NCBI GenBank assembly: GCA_052035175.1
Contig: JBPOHV010000001.1
Span: forward strand, 622,428-686,427
Reading direction: 5' to 3'
Length of the DNA: 64,000 nucleotides
Origin: a candidate division WWE3 bacterium
GTDB lineage: Bacteria > Patescibacteriota > WWE3 > UBA101185 > UBA10185
The position numbers and the translations under genes are program-made. Position 1 is the stretch's first letter, and every line of letters begins with the position of its first letter. The notes below the pieces were generated by a model. The model did not search any database. It was given only the letters and a program-made list of their open reading frames with translations, and was not told the origin of the DNA. Of the stretch, positions 36,891 through 46,063 are shown piece by piece.

Positions 36891-37127
36891 ATGATCGATT
36901 TCATAAAATATATATTTCAACAAATAGTCTCAAAACCCGAAGCAGTTGAAGTTGATGAACTACAAACGGAAGACGCTAACACTTATAGTGTTTCTCTAGA
37001 CAAAGACGATATTCCATTAGTTATAGGAAAACAAGGAAGAAATATAAAAAGTATCCGCAGTCTGGTTAAAGTAAAAGCCCTCAAACTGGGCTTGAACAAG
37101 CAAATCTATATAGATATAAAAGAATGA
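36891..37127 (+). CDS. KH-domain RNA-binding protein (YlqC-like)
   Basis: VIGKQGRNIKSIRSL GXXG loop. Sits in the conserved rpsP-KH-trmD context. Confidence 0.7.
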   Translation: MIDFIKYIFQQIVSKPEAVEVDELQTEDANTYSVSLDKDDIPLVIGKQGRNIKSIRSLVKVKALKLGLNKQIYIDIKE

Positions 37128-37786
37128 ACTTCCATATTCTTACACTTTTTCCGCATTTGATACAAACTCACTTTACTGAAAATCCATTTAAAAAAGCTCA
37201 ACAAATAAGTGCTGCAGAATATAAAACTTGGAATTTACGAGACTACGCGATCGATAAAAGAGGAACTGTAGACGACAAACCTTATAGTGGGGGAGTAGGA
37301 ATGATTTTACGTATAGAACCCATTTATAATGCTCTACGAGACATAAAAGCATCTATCGGGCCAGAAGCAAAGATAAAAGTTATATTACTTTCACCAAGAG
37401 GTAAAACTTTTGATCAAAAAAAAGCTATAGAACTTTCGAATGAAGACAACATTGTACTTATTTGTGGTAGATACGAAGGTATAGATGCACGAGTAGAACA
37501 ATATCTAGTAGATGAAACTATTTCTATAGGCGATTACGTATTAACTGGAGGTGAAGTACCCGCTTTGGCTGTAATGGAAGCTGTAACTAGATTATTACCA
37601 AATGTATTAGAAAAAGAAAATGCCACTACAAACGAATCTTTTTCTATAGATCAACTAGATCAAACTAAAAAAGAATACCCACAATATACGCGGCCAGAAG
37701 AATTTGACGGTATGAAAGTGCCAGAAGTACTTTTATCTGGAAACCACAAAGAAATAGAAGCCTGGAAAAAAGAAAATACAAAATAG
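37124..37786 (+). CDS. trmD: tRNA (guanine37-N1)-methyltransferase
   Basis: ILTLFPHL...YSGGVGMILRIEPI...LICGRYEGIDARV. Confidence 0.9.
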   Translation: MNFHILTLFPHLIQTHFTENPFKKAQQISAAEYKTWNLRDYAIDKRGTVDDKPYSGGVGMILRIEPIYNALRDIKASIGPEAKIKVILLSPRGKTFDQKKAIELSNEDNIVLICGRYEGIDARVEQYLVDETISIGDYVLTGGEVPALAVMEAVTRLLPNVLEKENATTNESFSIDQLDQTKKEYPQYTRPEEFDGMKVPEVLLSGNHKEIEAWKKENTK

Positions 37787-37796
37787 CTAAACAAGA

Positions 37797-38597
37797 TTAT
37801 ATTTCTGGAGTTTCTTCTGTATCTTCGGTAGCTGGAACAGGTAAAGCATTTATATCTTCTTGAGTAATCTCATAATATTTCAATGACTTTACTGCATTCA
37901 TTACGTTTACAAAATCTGGGCTAGCTATATCCAAATTTATTGGGTCATCTGTGACCGCAGCAGATTGTATACTGATATAAGGAGATGCTAAAGAAAAGCT
38001 AACTGTCAGTCCAAAGCCTCCAGACTGAGTTTCACCATTCATAAATCTAAAATTTGACACATTTATCATGCGCGAAGCATTTTCTAGAGTCTTTAAAAAT
38101 AAGACTAACTGATCGTAAGTACCTTCTGCACCCATAGATAACGCTACTGTTTTTGATTGAGTGCTGTCACTCGTAGAAACATCGTAAGAATAGCTCAATC
38201 TTGTAAGTTTGAGGCCAGATTCAGCTGCAATTTTGTTTACTTGAGTCGACAATTGCAAAACTTGAGCCTCTGATAAAAGAACTTTATCGACTAATGAAGA
38301 ATTTTCACTTACAACTGCTTGAAAATCGACTAATTTATTTAGTGTAGAAAGCTTTGTAGCCAAAACATCTCGCAAATTTTGATTGGTTTGAAGCTCTGCC
38401 CTTATATTTGGTAAATCATTTATTGCAGGATAAATCACAAGCAAAAATAACAAAACCGAACCGCTCAAACAAAGTAAAGGCGTCAAAAAGTTTATAAACA
38501 ACTCTTTCAACGAATCCTTATCTACACCAACACTAGACTTTGGCATATCGTTTGCAGGAGTGTTATTGATATTTGGAAATATACTATTTAGCTGCAT
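37797..38597 (-). CDS. pilO: type IV pilus assembly protein PilO-like
   Basis: Single N-terminal TM plus coiled coil. Located downstream of the pilM and pilN homologues. Confidence 0.5.
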   Translation of the reverse strand: MQLNSIFPNINNTPANDMPKSSVGVDKDSLKELFINFLTPLLCLSGSVLLFLLVIYPAINDLPNIRAELQTNQNLRDVLATKLSTLNKLVDFQAVVSENSSLVDKVLLSEAQVLQLSTQVNKIAAESGLKLTRLSYSYDVSTSDSTQSKTVALSMGAEGTYDQLVLFLKTLENASRMINVSNFRFMNGETQSGGFGLTVSFSLASPYISIQSAAVTDDPINLDIASPDFVNVMNAVKSLKYYEITQEDINALPVPATEDTEETPEI

Positions 38598-39150
38598 ATG
38601 GCTTTGTGAGCTTCTCGGCTGAATAATTTACTACTATAAAATAACTGACTTTTCCGCTGTTGATATCGAGGTTAACTGTATTTATATTTGCAGAAGTAAA
38701 TATTTCTGAAACTAATAAATTATCTATAAATTTTGAAATATCCAAATATGTGTCTCCTATACCAGATATACTTACCGAACCATCTAGGCCGAATGCAAAT
38801 TCATCGATTGCTACTGTAGAAGGGACTCGTGTAGCCAAATCTTCTAAAAGAAGAGAATAGTACTGGCGTGTAGAAAACATATCTTTTAAAATACTAACTT
38901 TTGCACCTAGGTTACGAGCAGTTATTTCTATTTGTGCCATTTCAGATATTTTTGTACGAGAAGACTCGATTTCAGTTTTGGTCGCTGCTACTTCTTTTTT
39001 CAAATTTGACGTAGTAAACATATAATAACCGCTAATACCCAAAGTAATAAGTAAAACTATTGCTGAAATTACTGTACTAAAATGAACAAAAAAGATTTTT
39101 CTCCTTTGTTGTATCTCTTGATCGGTTAATAAGTTTATTCCTTGTCCCAT
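38584..39150 (-). CDS. pilN: type IV pilus assembly protein PilN-like
   Basis: Short cytoplasmic N-terminus, TM and periplasmic domain. Overlaps its neighbours. Confidence 0.5.
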   Translation of the reverse strand: MGQGINLLTDQEIQQRRKIFFVHFSTVISAIVLLITLGISGYYMFTTSNLKKEVAATKTEIESSRTKISEMAQIEITARNLGAKVSILKDMFSTRQYYSLLLEDLATRVPSTVAIDEFAFGLDGSVSISGIGDTYLDISKFIDNLLVSEIFTSANINTVNLDINSGKVSYFIVVNYSAEKLTKPYAAK

Positions 39151-39151
39151 A

Positions 39152-40180
39152 TTATAAGCCTCTCATTGCCAAACCAACGGCCACAGCGTATTCGGGGCCA
39201 TGTTCTTTGAGATAGTCTTGCTGTTTGCTCAATCTTTGAGAAATTTCGACATTTACCCAAGGGTTTGCCAACGAAACCTCAGCATCAAATGTATTTGCCA
39301 TGTATAAAATTAGTCCGGGCATAAGAGCAGTGCCACCACACAATACTACTCGTTTAATCGTAGCACCTGGATACTGCGTTGTGAAGAACATCATGCTTCG
39401 GTTAATTTCTAAAACTAGCGTTTCAAACATAGGCCTTAGAGCTTCATAAACTTTGCCGTCGACATAAGACTTATCTAAACCATAAACTTTTTTGTATTCT
39501 TCTGCTTTTAGTTGGTCCAGCTCTAGGCCTTGCTGTATAGCTTTTGTAAAATCATCTCCACCCATTGAAATACTTCTAGTGAATCTAACTATGCCACCAT
39601 AAGTTACGACTAGGTAAGTACTAAACCTCCCAATATTCAAAATTAGTGTAGGGACTTTGTCGTCTTCAGAATCACCAAACAATCTAGCAACAGCCAAAGT
39701 TTCTGGTTCGAGTGCATCGGGTATCAAATGCGCACTTCTTAACAGTTGTTCATAGCGCTCTGACACATTGTTTTTGGTTGCAACTAGTTGAACGCTGATA
39801 GCTTCTTTTGTTGATTCACTGTCAATTTCTTGCCAAGAAATACGCATATCTTTGGCTGGAAATGGTAAATATTGCTCTGCATGATACATAACAGAGTTTT
39901 TGAGGTCTTTACCTGTTATCTTTGGCATTTTAACAATACGCATAAAAATATTGCGTTCTTCTAAACCCCCAATAATATGAGGGGTTGAGAATCCGATTTC
40001 TGAAAAGAAATTGTGCAATGCATCTGAATATACTTGTAAGTCATCCATATCTTCGTGATCAAAGTTTAATTTTGGGTTTTCATAGGCTCCAAAATTCTTG
40101 AGCAAAACACCTTTTTTTGTTTTTTCGAGTTCTACGGCTCTGAAACTATATTTACCTAAATCTAAACCAATTATGGACAT
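39152..40180 (-). CDS. pilM: type IV pilus assembly ATPase-like protein PilM
   Basis: Actin-like fold motifs (IIGLDLGKYSFRAVEL ... LCGGTALMPGL). Confidence 0.75.
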   Translation of the reverse strand: MSIIGLDLGKYSFRAVELEKTKKGVLLKNFGAYENPKLNFDHEDMDDLQVYSDALHNFFSEIGFSTPHIIGGLEERNIFMRIVKMPKITGKDLKNSVMYHAEQYLPFPAKDMRISWQEIDSESTKEAISVQLVATKNNVSERYEQLLRSAHLIPDALEPETLAVARLFGDSEDDKVPTLILNIGRFSTYLVVTYGGIVRFTRSISMGGDDFTKAIQQGLELDQLKAEEYKKVYGLDKSYVDGKVYEALRPMFETLVLEINRSMMFFTTQYPGATIKRVVLCGGTALMPGLILYMANTFDAEVSLANPWVNVEISQRLSKQQDYLKEHGPEYAVAVGLAMRGL

Positions 40181-40201
40181 AATTTATTATACAAGCTTCA
40201 A

Positions 40202-40987
40202 CTAATCATTTGACAAGTCATCTGTATTTGAAAATTGATACAACGCATAATCAAATATTTCTGGTAATGATGTATAAGTCTTGAGCACACTAACAGTTTT
40301 CGAAACATTTTTAGTTGTACCAGTTGCAGTTATAACGATACCCTGAGATGGTAGTGAATGTCCAGCTTGTGGAATTACAAATGCTTCTACATCTTTATAA
40401 ACTGATTTGAGTCGCAAAACTTGTGGCGTAGTTGCAGTCGGTATTGTATAGCAATTTGAATACCCACCAGACGCCGTTGCTAGCTCAAAACCATTGAATG
40501 GATCATGCGGTTGTACCGCATTGACGGCATATACATTGGCCTTATATGTTGTACCTGTTTTATATATGTACGATGCATAAATAGACGCTCCAGAATCTTG
40601 CCAACACACATTTATATTTGTACCAGCATATGAACTCAAACTTATTTCAGTAATTTTTGTGGTTAGTAGATCTACAGTATGCGGATCTGTAGAATTGCCA
40701 TCAAAACTTAAAGCAATAGAAACATCTGAAGTCACGCCATCGTCTCCGGTAATAGTATAAAAACAATTCGACCCACAATTATTACCATTTATATAGCCAG
40801 ATAAAGTAGCATTTGGTATTAAAAGTGTTTTTTCAGCACCAGACTCAGCTGCAGCCAATGACCGGGATGCAAAATCTACAGAAACAGAATTATGAAGATT
40901 TTTTACAAAGCGCATAGACAAGCTTATACCAGCCGCCAAAGCAATAATCATAAGCATTATAACTGATACTAAAACCTGACCTTTCAT
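40202..40987 (-). CDS. PilX-like pilus-associated protein (paralogue of 45155-46063)
   Basis: N-terminal hydrophobic segment IIALAAGISLS without a G/FTLIE site. Shares a ...SRV/LAAAE(A/S)G... region with 45155-46063. Confidence 0.4.
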   Translation of the reverse strand: MKGQVLVSVIMLMIIALAAGISLSMRFVKNLHNSVSVDFASRSLAAAESGAEKTLLIPNATLSGYINGNNCGSNCFYTITGDDGVTSDVSIALSFDGNSTDPHTVDLLTTKITEISLSSYAGTNINVCWQDSGASIYASYIYKTGTTYKANVYAVNAVQPHDPFNGFELATASGGYSNCYTIPTATTPQVLRLKSVYKDVEAFVIPQAGHSLPSQGIVITATGTTKNVSKTVSVLKTYTSLPEIFDYALYQFSNTDDLSND

Positions 40988-41005
40988 GTTTATTAATTCA
41001 AATTC

Positions 41006-41593
41006 TTAATAAGTATTCCGAATGACTATAGTATTCTTAGAAATAACTTGAGCTGAAAAATTTATACCCGTTACTGTAGTTGGTTGTGCAAACACAAGAC
41101 TATAACTAAAAATTTGTGGTGAAGTACCAGTCACTGTAAAACAGCTCCCGCTGCAGGCTACTGCAACACCTCCCGATACATTTTTTGTAAGACCCTCGTA
41201 TGTACCTGCAACCAAGCAATTTGCAGTATTTAACCGTTGAAGCTCGTTACTTTGGACTCGGTAAAAAGAACAACTACCATCAGAAAATCTTACAATTGCG
41301 ACATTACTCAAAACCGAGACATTTGTTGCTTTGCGTAATTCTTTCTCTAACTTTTGTGTGGCAAAATTGGCGCTTTGTTCCACATCACTTAAGATTTGTG
41401 TTTTACCATAACTACGAGTCAAAGATAATAAAATATCGGTAGTTAAACCTACAGTTATACCGAGCAAAGCAATAACAAGTAACAATTCAATAAGGGTGAA
41501 GCCCGCAAGCTTTTCATTTTGAGTAGACAAAGTTGAAGTCTTATCATCATGAAGATACTTTTGTGAAAATAGCTTCATTACTGACCCCTCCAA
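41006..41593 (-). CDS. type IV prepilin-like minor pilin
   Basis: Prepilin signal KLAGFTLIELLLVIALLGI (G/FTLIE). Confidence 0.6.
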   Translation of the reverse strand: MEGSVMKLFSQKYLHDDKTSTLSTQNEKLAGFTLIELLLVIALLGITVGLTTDILLSLTRSYGKTQILSDVEQSANFATQKLEKELRKATNVSVLSNVAIVRFSDGSCSFYRVQSNELQRLNTANCLVAGTYEGLTKNVSGGVAVACSGSCFTVTGTSPQIFSYSLVFAQPTTVTGINFSAQVISKNTIVIRNTY

Positions 41594-42081
41594 TTGGTAA
41601 GGTCGGTATAAACATTTGTACTTATAGTTCTACCTCCTATTGGCCACGACGCACTAGCTCTAACACGGACTGTTTGATCTGTTGATACTAAAACCCCACC
41701 ATTTACATTTGTAGCTCTAAAAAAATATGTCACAGTACTCAAACCAGTACCAGTTGTACCGTTGCCTACAGTTACTGTAGGTAATCCGCTACCCGTAGGC
41801 TCTGTCATATAACAACCAGTGGAACACGGAGTAACAGCAGAAATGAAAGTAGCCCAATTTGCAGTAATATCACGCAAAGCTCTGACCAGTTCTATTTGTT
41901 TGTTTGCAGTTTTTGTACCTTCCAAATAAAGTTTACTTTGTAATGATGAACGCAAAGAAAAGACTGATAAAGAAACCAATGATGTAATAACAATCACAGC
42001 TACACCGACTGCCGCGATTACTTCGACCAAACCTATACCAAGACTATGCTTAGTTACATGCGATACTTGCGCTGCTGACAT
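41578..42081 (-). CDS. divergent prepilin-like protein
   Basis: KHSLG/IGLVEVIAAVGVAV with Glu at +5. Start trimmed to the internal Met to avoid a 98-nt overlap. Confidence 0.45.
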   Translation of the reverse strand: MSAAQVSHVTKHSLGIGLVEVIAAVGVAVIVITSLVSLSVFSLRSSLQSKLYLEGTKTANKQIELVRALRDITANWATFISAVTPCSTGCYMTEPTGSGLPTVTVGNGTTGTGLSTVTYFFRATNVNGGVLVSTDQTVRVRASASWPIGGRTISTNVYTDLTNWRGQ

Positions 42082-42622
42082 CGATAAGCCCTCCTTGGTA
42101 AATTTGTAACCTTCTACAATTTGTACTGGCGCCTTGCTTACCCACAATTATATTCAAAGGAAATGAAGCTGCAGTGTTTGTACTTGTACTACCATCAGAA
42201 TAAGAAAAAAATACACACATAGAAACTCGCGACACAAGTCCACCAGGCAATGCGCGGCTCGTACCTTTACTCAAAACATCTGTGGTAGGAGGGCAATCAG
42301 CTGCTTTTGAAGATATAAAATAACTGTAAGTTGTAGCATTTTGTATAAACCGAACACCCCAATAAGAAGGGAGAATATTAGCGCTTACTTGATCCAAAGA
42401 ATTTTCTCCAGTAAGAGCCTTGTTTTGTAATGAACGTAAATCTGATCGTATTTGGTCACGTGCTTGATTCACATTTTGGTTTGCAATATAAGTTGAAAAA
42501 CCCGGGATCATTGATCCGGTAATGATTATAATTATTGAAACAACCAACAATAATTCAATTAGAGTAAAACCTACATTTTTAAGCTGGGCAGATAACATAA
42601 TTATATTTATTATACATTGCAA
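42050..42622 (-). CDS. type IV prepilin-like minor pilin
   Basis: KNVGFTLIELLLVVSII. Confidence 0.6.
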   Translation of the reverse strand: MQCIINIIMLSAQLKNVGFTLIELLLVVSIIIIITGSMIPGFSTYIANQNVNQARDQIRSDLRSLQNKALTGENSLDQVSANILPSYWGVRFIQNATTYSYFISSKAADCPPTTDVLSKGTSRALPGGLVSRVSMCVFFSYSDGSTSTNTAASFPLNIIVGKQGASTNCRRLQIYQGGLIDVSSASIACN

Positions 42623-42627
42623 TCCAC

Positions 42628-43158
42628 TTACAAAATAGTCAAATCTGATCCTATTTCATACAAATCTAGATCATTCCCAGAATCTGATGTTTCATAATCT
42701 ATAAAAGCTTCCATATTTACATTGAGTTCAAATCCAACATCTGTGTGTCGATAAATATATAAATGCAGTTCGTCATTCAACGGGTCAATCGGTAATTTAA
42801 CAATATATGGTGATAAATCTTGAGCTATCCAACCGGTACTAGAACTCACCAACGGACCAGCCTGACCAGAAGGTAAAGTATTACTCAAATATGTTGTATT
42901 TGAAACACCAGGGTATGCATAATTGTCTAAAGAATATTCACTGATAGCACGTTCTAGAGTCGACAAGTCTGATAAACGTTTTTCATCACGGGTTTTGCCA
43001 TGATAAGCATTTGATGTAATTAAAGTAGAGTAAGTTGTAATTAATATACCGACAACTAAAATAACCACTAAAGCTTCGATAAGTGTAAAACCTGAAGGGT
43101 CTTTGGCTTGACGAGAATAAAAGACTTTAAGGGTTTTCTGTACCATAACAATAATCAC
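42628..43158 (-). CDS. type IV prepilin-like minor pilin
   Basis: DPSGFTLIEALVVILVVGIL. Confidence 0.6.
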   Translation of the reverse strand: MIIVMVQKTLKVFYSRQAKDPSGFTLIEALVVILVVGILITTYSTLITSNAYHGKTRDEKRLSDLSTLERAISEYSLDNYAYPGVSNTTYLSNTLPSGQAGPLVSSSTGWIAQDLSPYIVKLPIDPLNDELHLYIYRHTDVGFELNVNMEAFIDYETSDSGNDLDLYEIGSDLTIL

Positions 43159-43705
43159 CTACAGTACCAGCCATAGAACAACCTAATGCTGCCCAATTAT
43201 TGAGACCCGTGCATTCATATCCATTATTTGAATTTGCTTCTTCCATAATTGCAGTCAAAATGTATGAACTACCAGCACCACCAGGTCTATATGAATACTT
43301 TCTATCTGTCGACGCATTACACGGAGATGCATTTGTATAAGAGAGTAGGGGATCGACTGGAATTTTATTCATATAGTTTGGAGACAATAAAGTGGAAATG
43401 TTATCTGTACCTGTAATTACAAAATAAGTAACCCCAATCACATTTGGAGCAGGATAGGCACGATTTTGAGCATAATATAATTCGAGACCAGCTTGTAATT
43501 TTTTGAGATCAGCAATCCGTTGAGAATCTCGCGCTTTACCTTTGATTGCTTTGGAATTAAGCAAACCTATAACCACACCAGAAAGCACAGCTATAATTAA
43601 AACCACTAAAAGTAATTCAATTAGCGTGAAGCCTGTTGGCTTCTTTGTGCTGCCTTGGTGAGACAAATAGAAACTTTTTGTATTTGTAGATATTTGTTTA
43701 AACAT
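43127..43705 (-). CDS. type IV prepilin-like pilin
   Basis: KKPTGFTLIELLLVVLIIAVLSG. Confidence 0.6.
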   Translation of the reverse strand: MFKQISTNTKSFYLSHQGSTKKPTGFTLIELLLVVLIIAVLSGVVIGLLNSKAIKGKARDSQRIADLKKLQAGLELYYAQNRAYPAPNVIGVTYFVITGTDNISTLLSPNYMNKIPVDPLLSYTNASPCNASTDRKYSYRPGGAGSSYILTAIMEEANSNNGYECTGLNNWAALGCSMAGTVGDYCYGTENP

Positions 43706-43709
43706 ATAT

Positions 43710-44267
43710 TTAAGGGCAAAGCGCGTTTCCGGCTAAAGCAGCACAAGTTCTTATACTAGTCCAAGTAGAGTGATATTTATAAAATTGGCTTGTACCAGAT
43801 TTCTTTATACCAACCGCAAAGTTATCGGTATCGATAAAATAGTAATAATAAATTTCTGAACCTGCAGGAATTGGCCCACCTGTCTGGATGTACCCTGGCC
43901 AATATTTTAAATAAGTACCCAAAGCTGTGGCATCTGTGCCACCTGTACCCAAAGGATTATTATAGTTGCCCTGAGCTGGATACTTACTCTCTACAGTATA
44001 AAATGCCTCTATACCTTGAATAATCTTTTCTAGATCTGCCATGCGCACACCGTCGCGAGCACGATCTTTGGTTTGCGTAATATTTATAACGCTTGTCATT
44101 ACTCCAGCGAGAACTCCAATTAAACCTACTACCAACAATAACTCAATCAAGGTGAAGCCTGTTGGCTTCCTTGTCTGAGACAAATAGAAGCCTGCTGGCT
44201 TTGAACCAGTACCATCCCCAGTTGATTTTAAAACTTTATGCTGATTTAAAATTTTTGTATTAAACAT
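43710..44267 (-). CDS. type IV prepilin-like pilin
   Basis: RKPTGFTLIELLLVVGLIGVLAG. Confidence 0.6.
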   Translation of the reverse strand: MFNTKILNQHKVLKSTGDGTGSKPAGFYLSQTRKPTGFTLIELLLVVGLIGVLAGVMTSVINITQTKDRARDGVRMADLEKIIQGIEAFYTVESKYPAQGNYNNPLGTGGTDATALGTYLKYWPGYIQTGGPIPAGSEIYYYYFIDTDNFAVGIKKSGTSQFYKYHSTWTSIRTCAALAGNALCP

Positions 44268-44362
44268 AGAAACTATTCATTTAAATTTTTCATTTTCATG
44301 CCCCCCGCGATCGCGGGGGGCATAAAAGAAGTTAACATACTTAAGTCTATTAACTAAAAATA

Positions 44363-44974
44363 CTATAGACTACATGAAGCGCTAGCAGAAAGATCTGCAG
44401 TACCATCCAAGTTTGCAGTCGCATCACAATTGTACATTTGACCTAAACTCGTATCGTAAGCAAATATTCTACCGGTTAAACCGAAAGATTTAGCATAGAT
44501 TCTGAATCTTTCAACAGCCCAAGGTGAAGCACTGTTGTTTCTGTAATAGCGGTAATAACATTGAGTAGCACCATTACCATTCCAACCGTTGGAAGCTCCA
44601 GTACAAGTTGAAGGTAAATTGTTGCCTGTTACAGCAAAAGTACAATCAAAACCGCCTGTTGTTCCACAAACTGGTGTACCACCACCACTATCAGAAGCAA
44701 AATTCAATCCTCCCAACATCTGTACTTCATCTGGAGCAGAACCATAAGCAGAAACGTAACCTTGTGTCGCCAAAACTACTTTATTAATAGTTGCGATAAC
44801 ATTTGCGTCTCTTGCTCTATTTTGTTGCTTTGCTGGATTGATAACTGCCATCAAAACCCCTGCTAGAATACCGATAATAACGATAACTATCAAAAGTTCG
44901 ATAAGCGTGAAACCTTTTGCTTCAGCATCATCTGAAGATCTAAGCTTTGCGAGGGTCGTTCTTTTTTTGAACAT
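44363..44974 (-). CDS. type IV prepilin-like pilin (long leader)
   Basis: AKGFTLIELLIVIVIIGILAGV after a 19-aa charged leader. Confidence 0.6.
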   Translation of the reverse strand: MFKKRTTLAKLRSSDDAEAKGFTLIELLIVIVIIGILAGVLMAVINPAKQQNRARDANVIATINKVVLATQGYVSAYGSAPDEVQMLGGLNFASDSGGGTPVCGTTGGFDCTFAVTGNNLPSTCTGASNGWNGNGATQCYYRYYRNNSASPWAVERFRIYAKSFGLTGRIFAYDTSLGQMYNCDATANLDGTADLSASASCSL

Positions 44975-45154
44975 AGTATTCTACACCCCCTCTCATAGCT
45001 TTATGTTGAATTTGGGCAGACATATACATAAAGTTCTATATCAAAGTATGAATTTAAATAATTTCACTGTCAAGAAGTACGGACTATAAGTTTATTTCTG
45101 TAGCAAGTGTAAGCGCTAGCTTAGCTTGCAAAGAAAGAATACTTAGCAAAGTCT

Positions 45155-46063
45155 TCATTGTATTCCTTGATTTGCAAATATACTAAAATCAAATATACCT
45201 GATAAGTAAGGAACTGATTTGTAAGCTACAATTTTTCTTTTTGTATTTGGGTCTTGAGACAAAACACCGGTTGACTCGAGCATGTATCCTTGAGAAGGTA
45301 AGGTTCCTCCATTTAACGGGAACACACCTACTTTTGCGTCTCCTGCCAATGACCTCAAACGCAAACCGTACATTCCATTTGCCGCAACGGTCTGACAATA
45401 AGTAAAACCATTTGCACCGCCAGGTTGTGGTTTAAACCCATGCCTATCATAACCATTGGATGAAGCATTACCTTGAACCCCAGCACTTTCTTGGATCCCA
45501 GACGAGTTGTAAGTTATATAAAATAAATCTGCGCCAGTTGATGAAGTAGGTGTCCAACAAACTTGAACATTGGCTGCACTATAGCCAGACAAATTTACTT
45601 CTTTTACTACGCCATTTTTCAAGTTGAAAAAGTAATGACTAACTGGACTTGTTTTATTGTAATTGAACGATGACGCATCTAGTAGAGCAGTGGAAGTTAT
45701 GGCATCTCCACTACTTGGAGTTGTTATGGTTAATAAACATTTGTTTGACGTAGCATCATAAGTAACACCAGGAATCAAACCACAATTTGTAGAATTGGGT
45801 GTTGTATCTATGAGGCTCAGTACATTGTTTGGCGTATTTAACAACCTCTCTATTCCTGCCTCTGCGGCAGCCGATACGCGAGAACTAGTATCACTTTGTG
45901 ACGTACGAGATAGAGAAGAAATTGTATTGACTGAAATGCTTACACCAGCAGCCAAAGCTATAGTCATCATAACTACAACAAAGAGTAGAGTTTGACCAGA
46001 CTCAGCTGGGTTTTTATCTGAAAGCTTTTCTTTTGTAAATAGTTTATTCATATTGAACGTCAT
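45155..46063 (-). CDS. PilX-like pilus-associated protein
   Basis: N-terminal TM TIALAAGVSISV. Paralogue of 40202-40987. Confidence 0.4.
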   Translation of the reverse strand: MTFNMNKLFTKEKLSDKNPAESGQTLLFVVVMMTIALAAGVSISVNTISSLSRTSQSDTSSRVSAAAEAGIERLLNTPNNVLSLIDTTPNSTNCGLIPGVTYDATSNKCLLTITTPSSGDAITSTALLDASSFNYNKTSPVSHYFFNLKNGVVKEVNLSGYSAANVQVCWTPTSSTGADLFYITYNSSGIQESAGVQGNASSNGYDRHGFKPQPGGANGFTYCQTVAANGMYGLRLRSLAGDAKVGVFPLNGGTLPSQGYMLESTGVLSQDPNTKRKIVAYKSVPYLSGIFDFSIFANQGIQ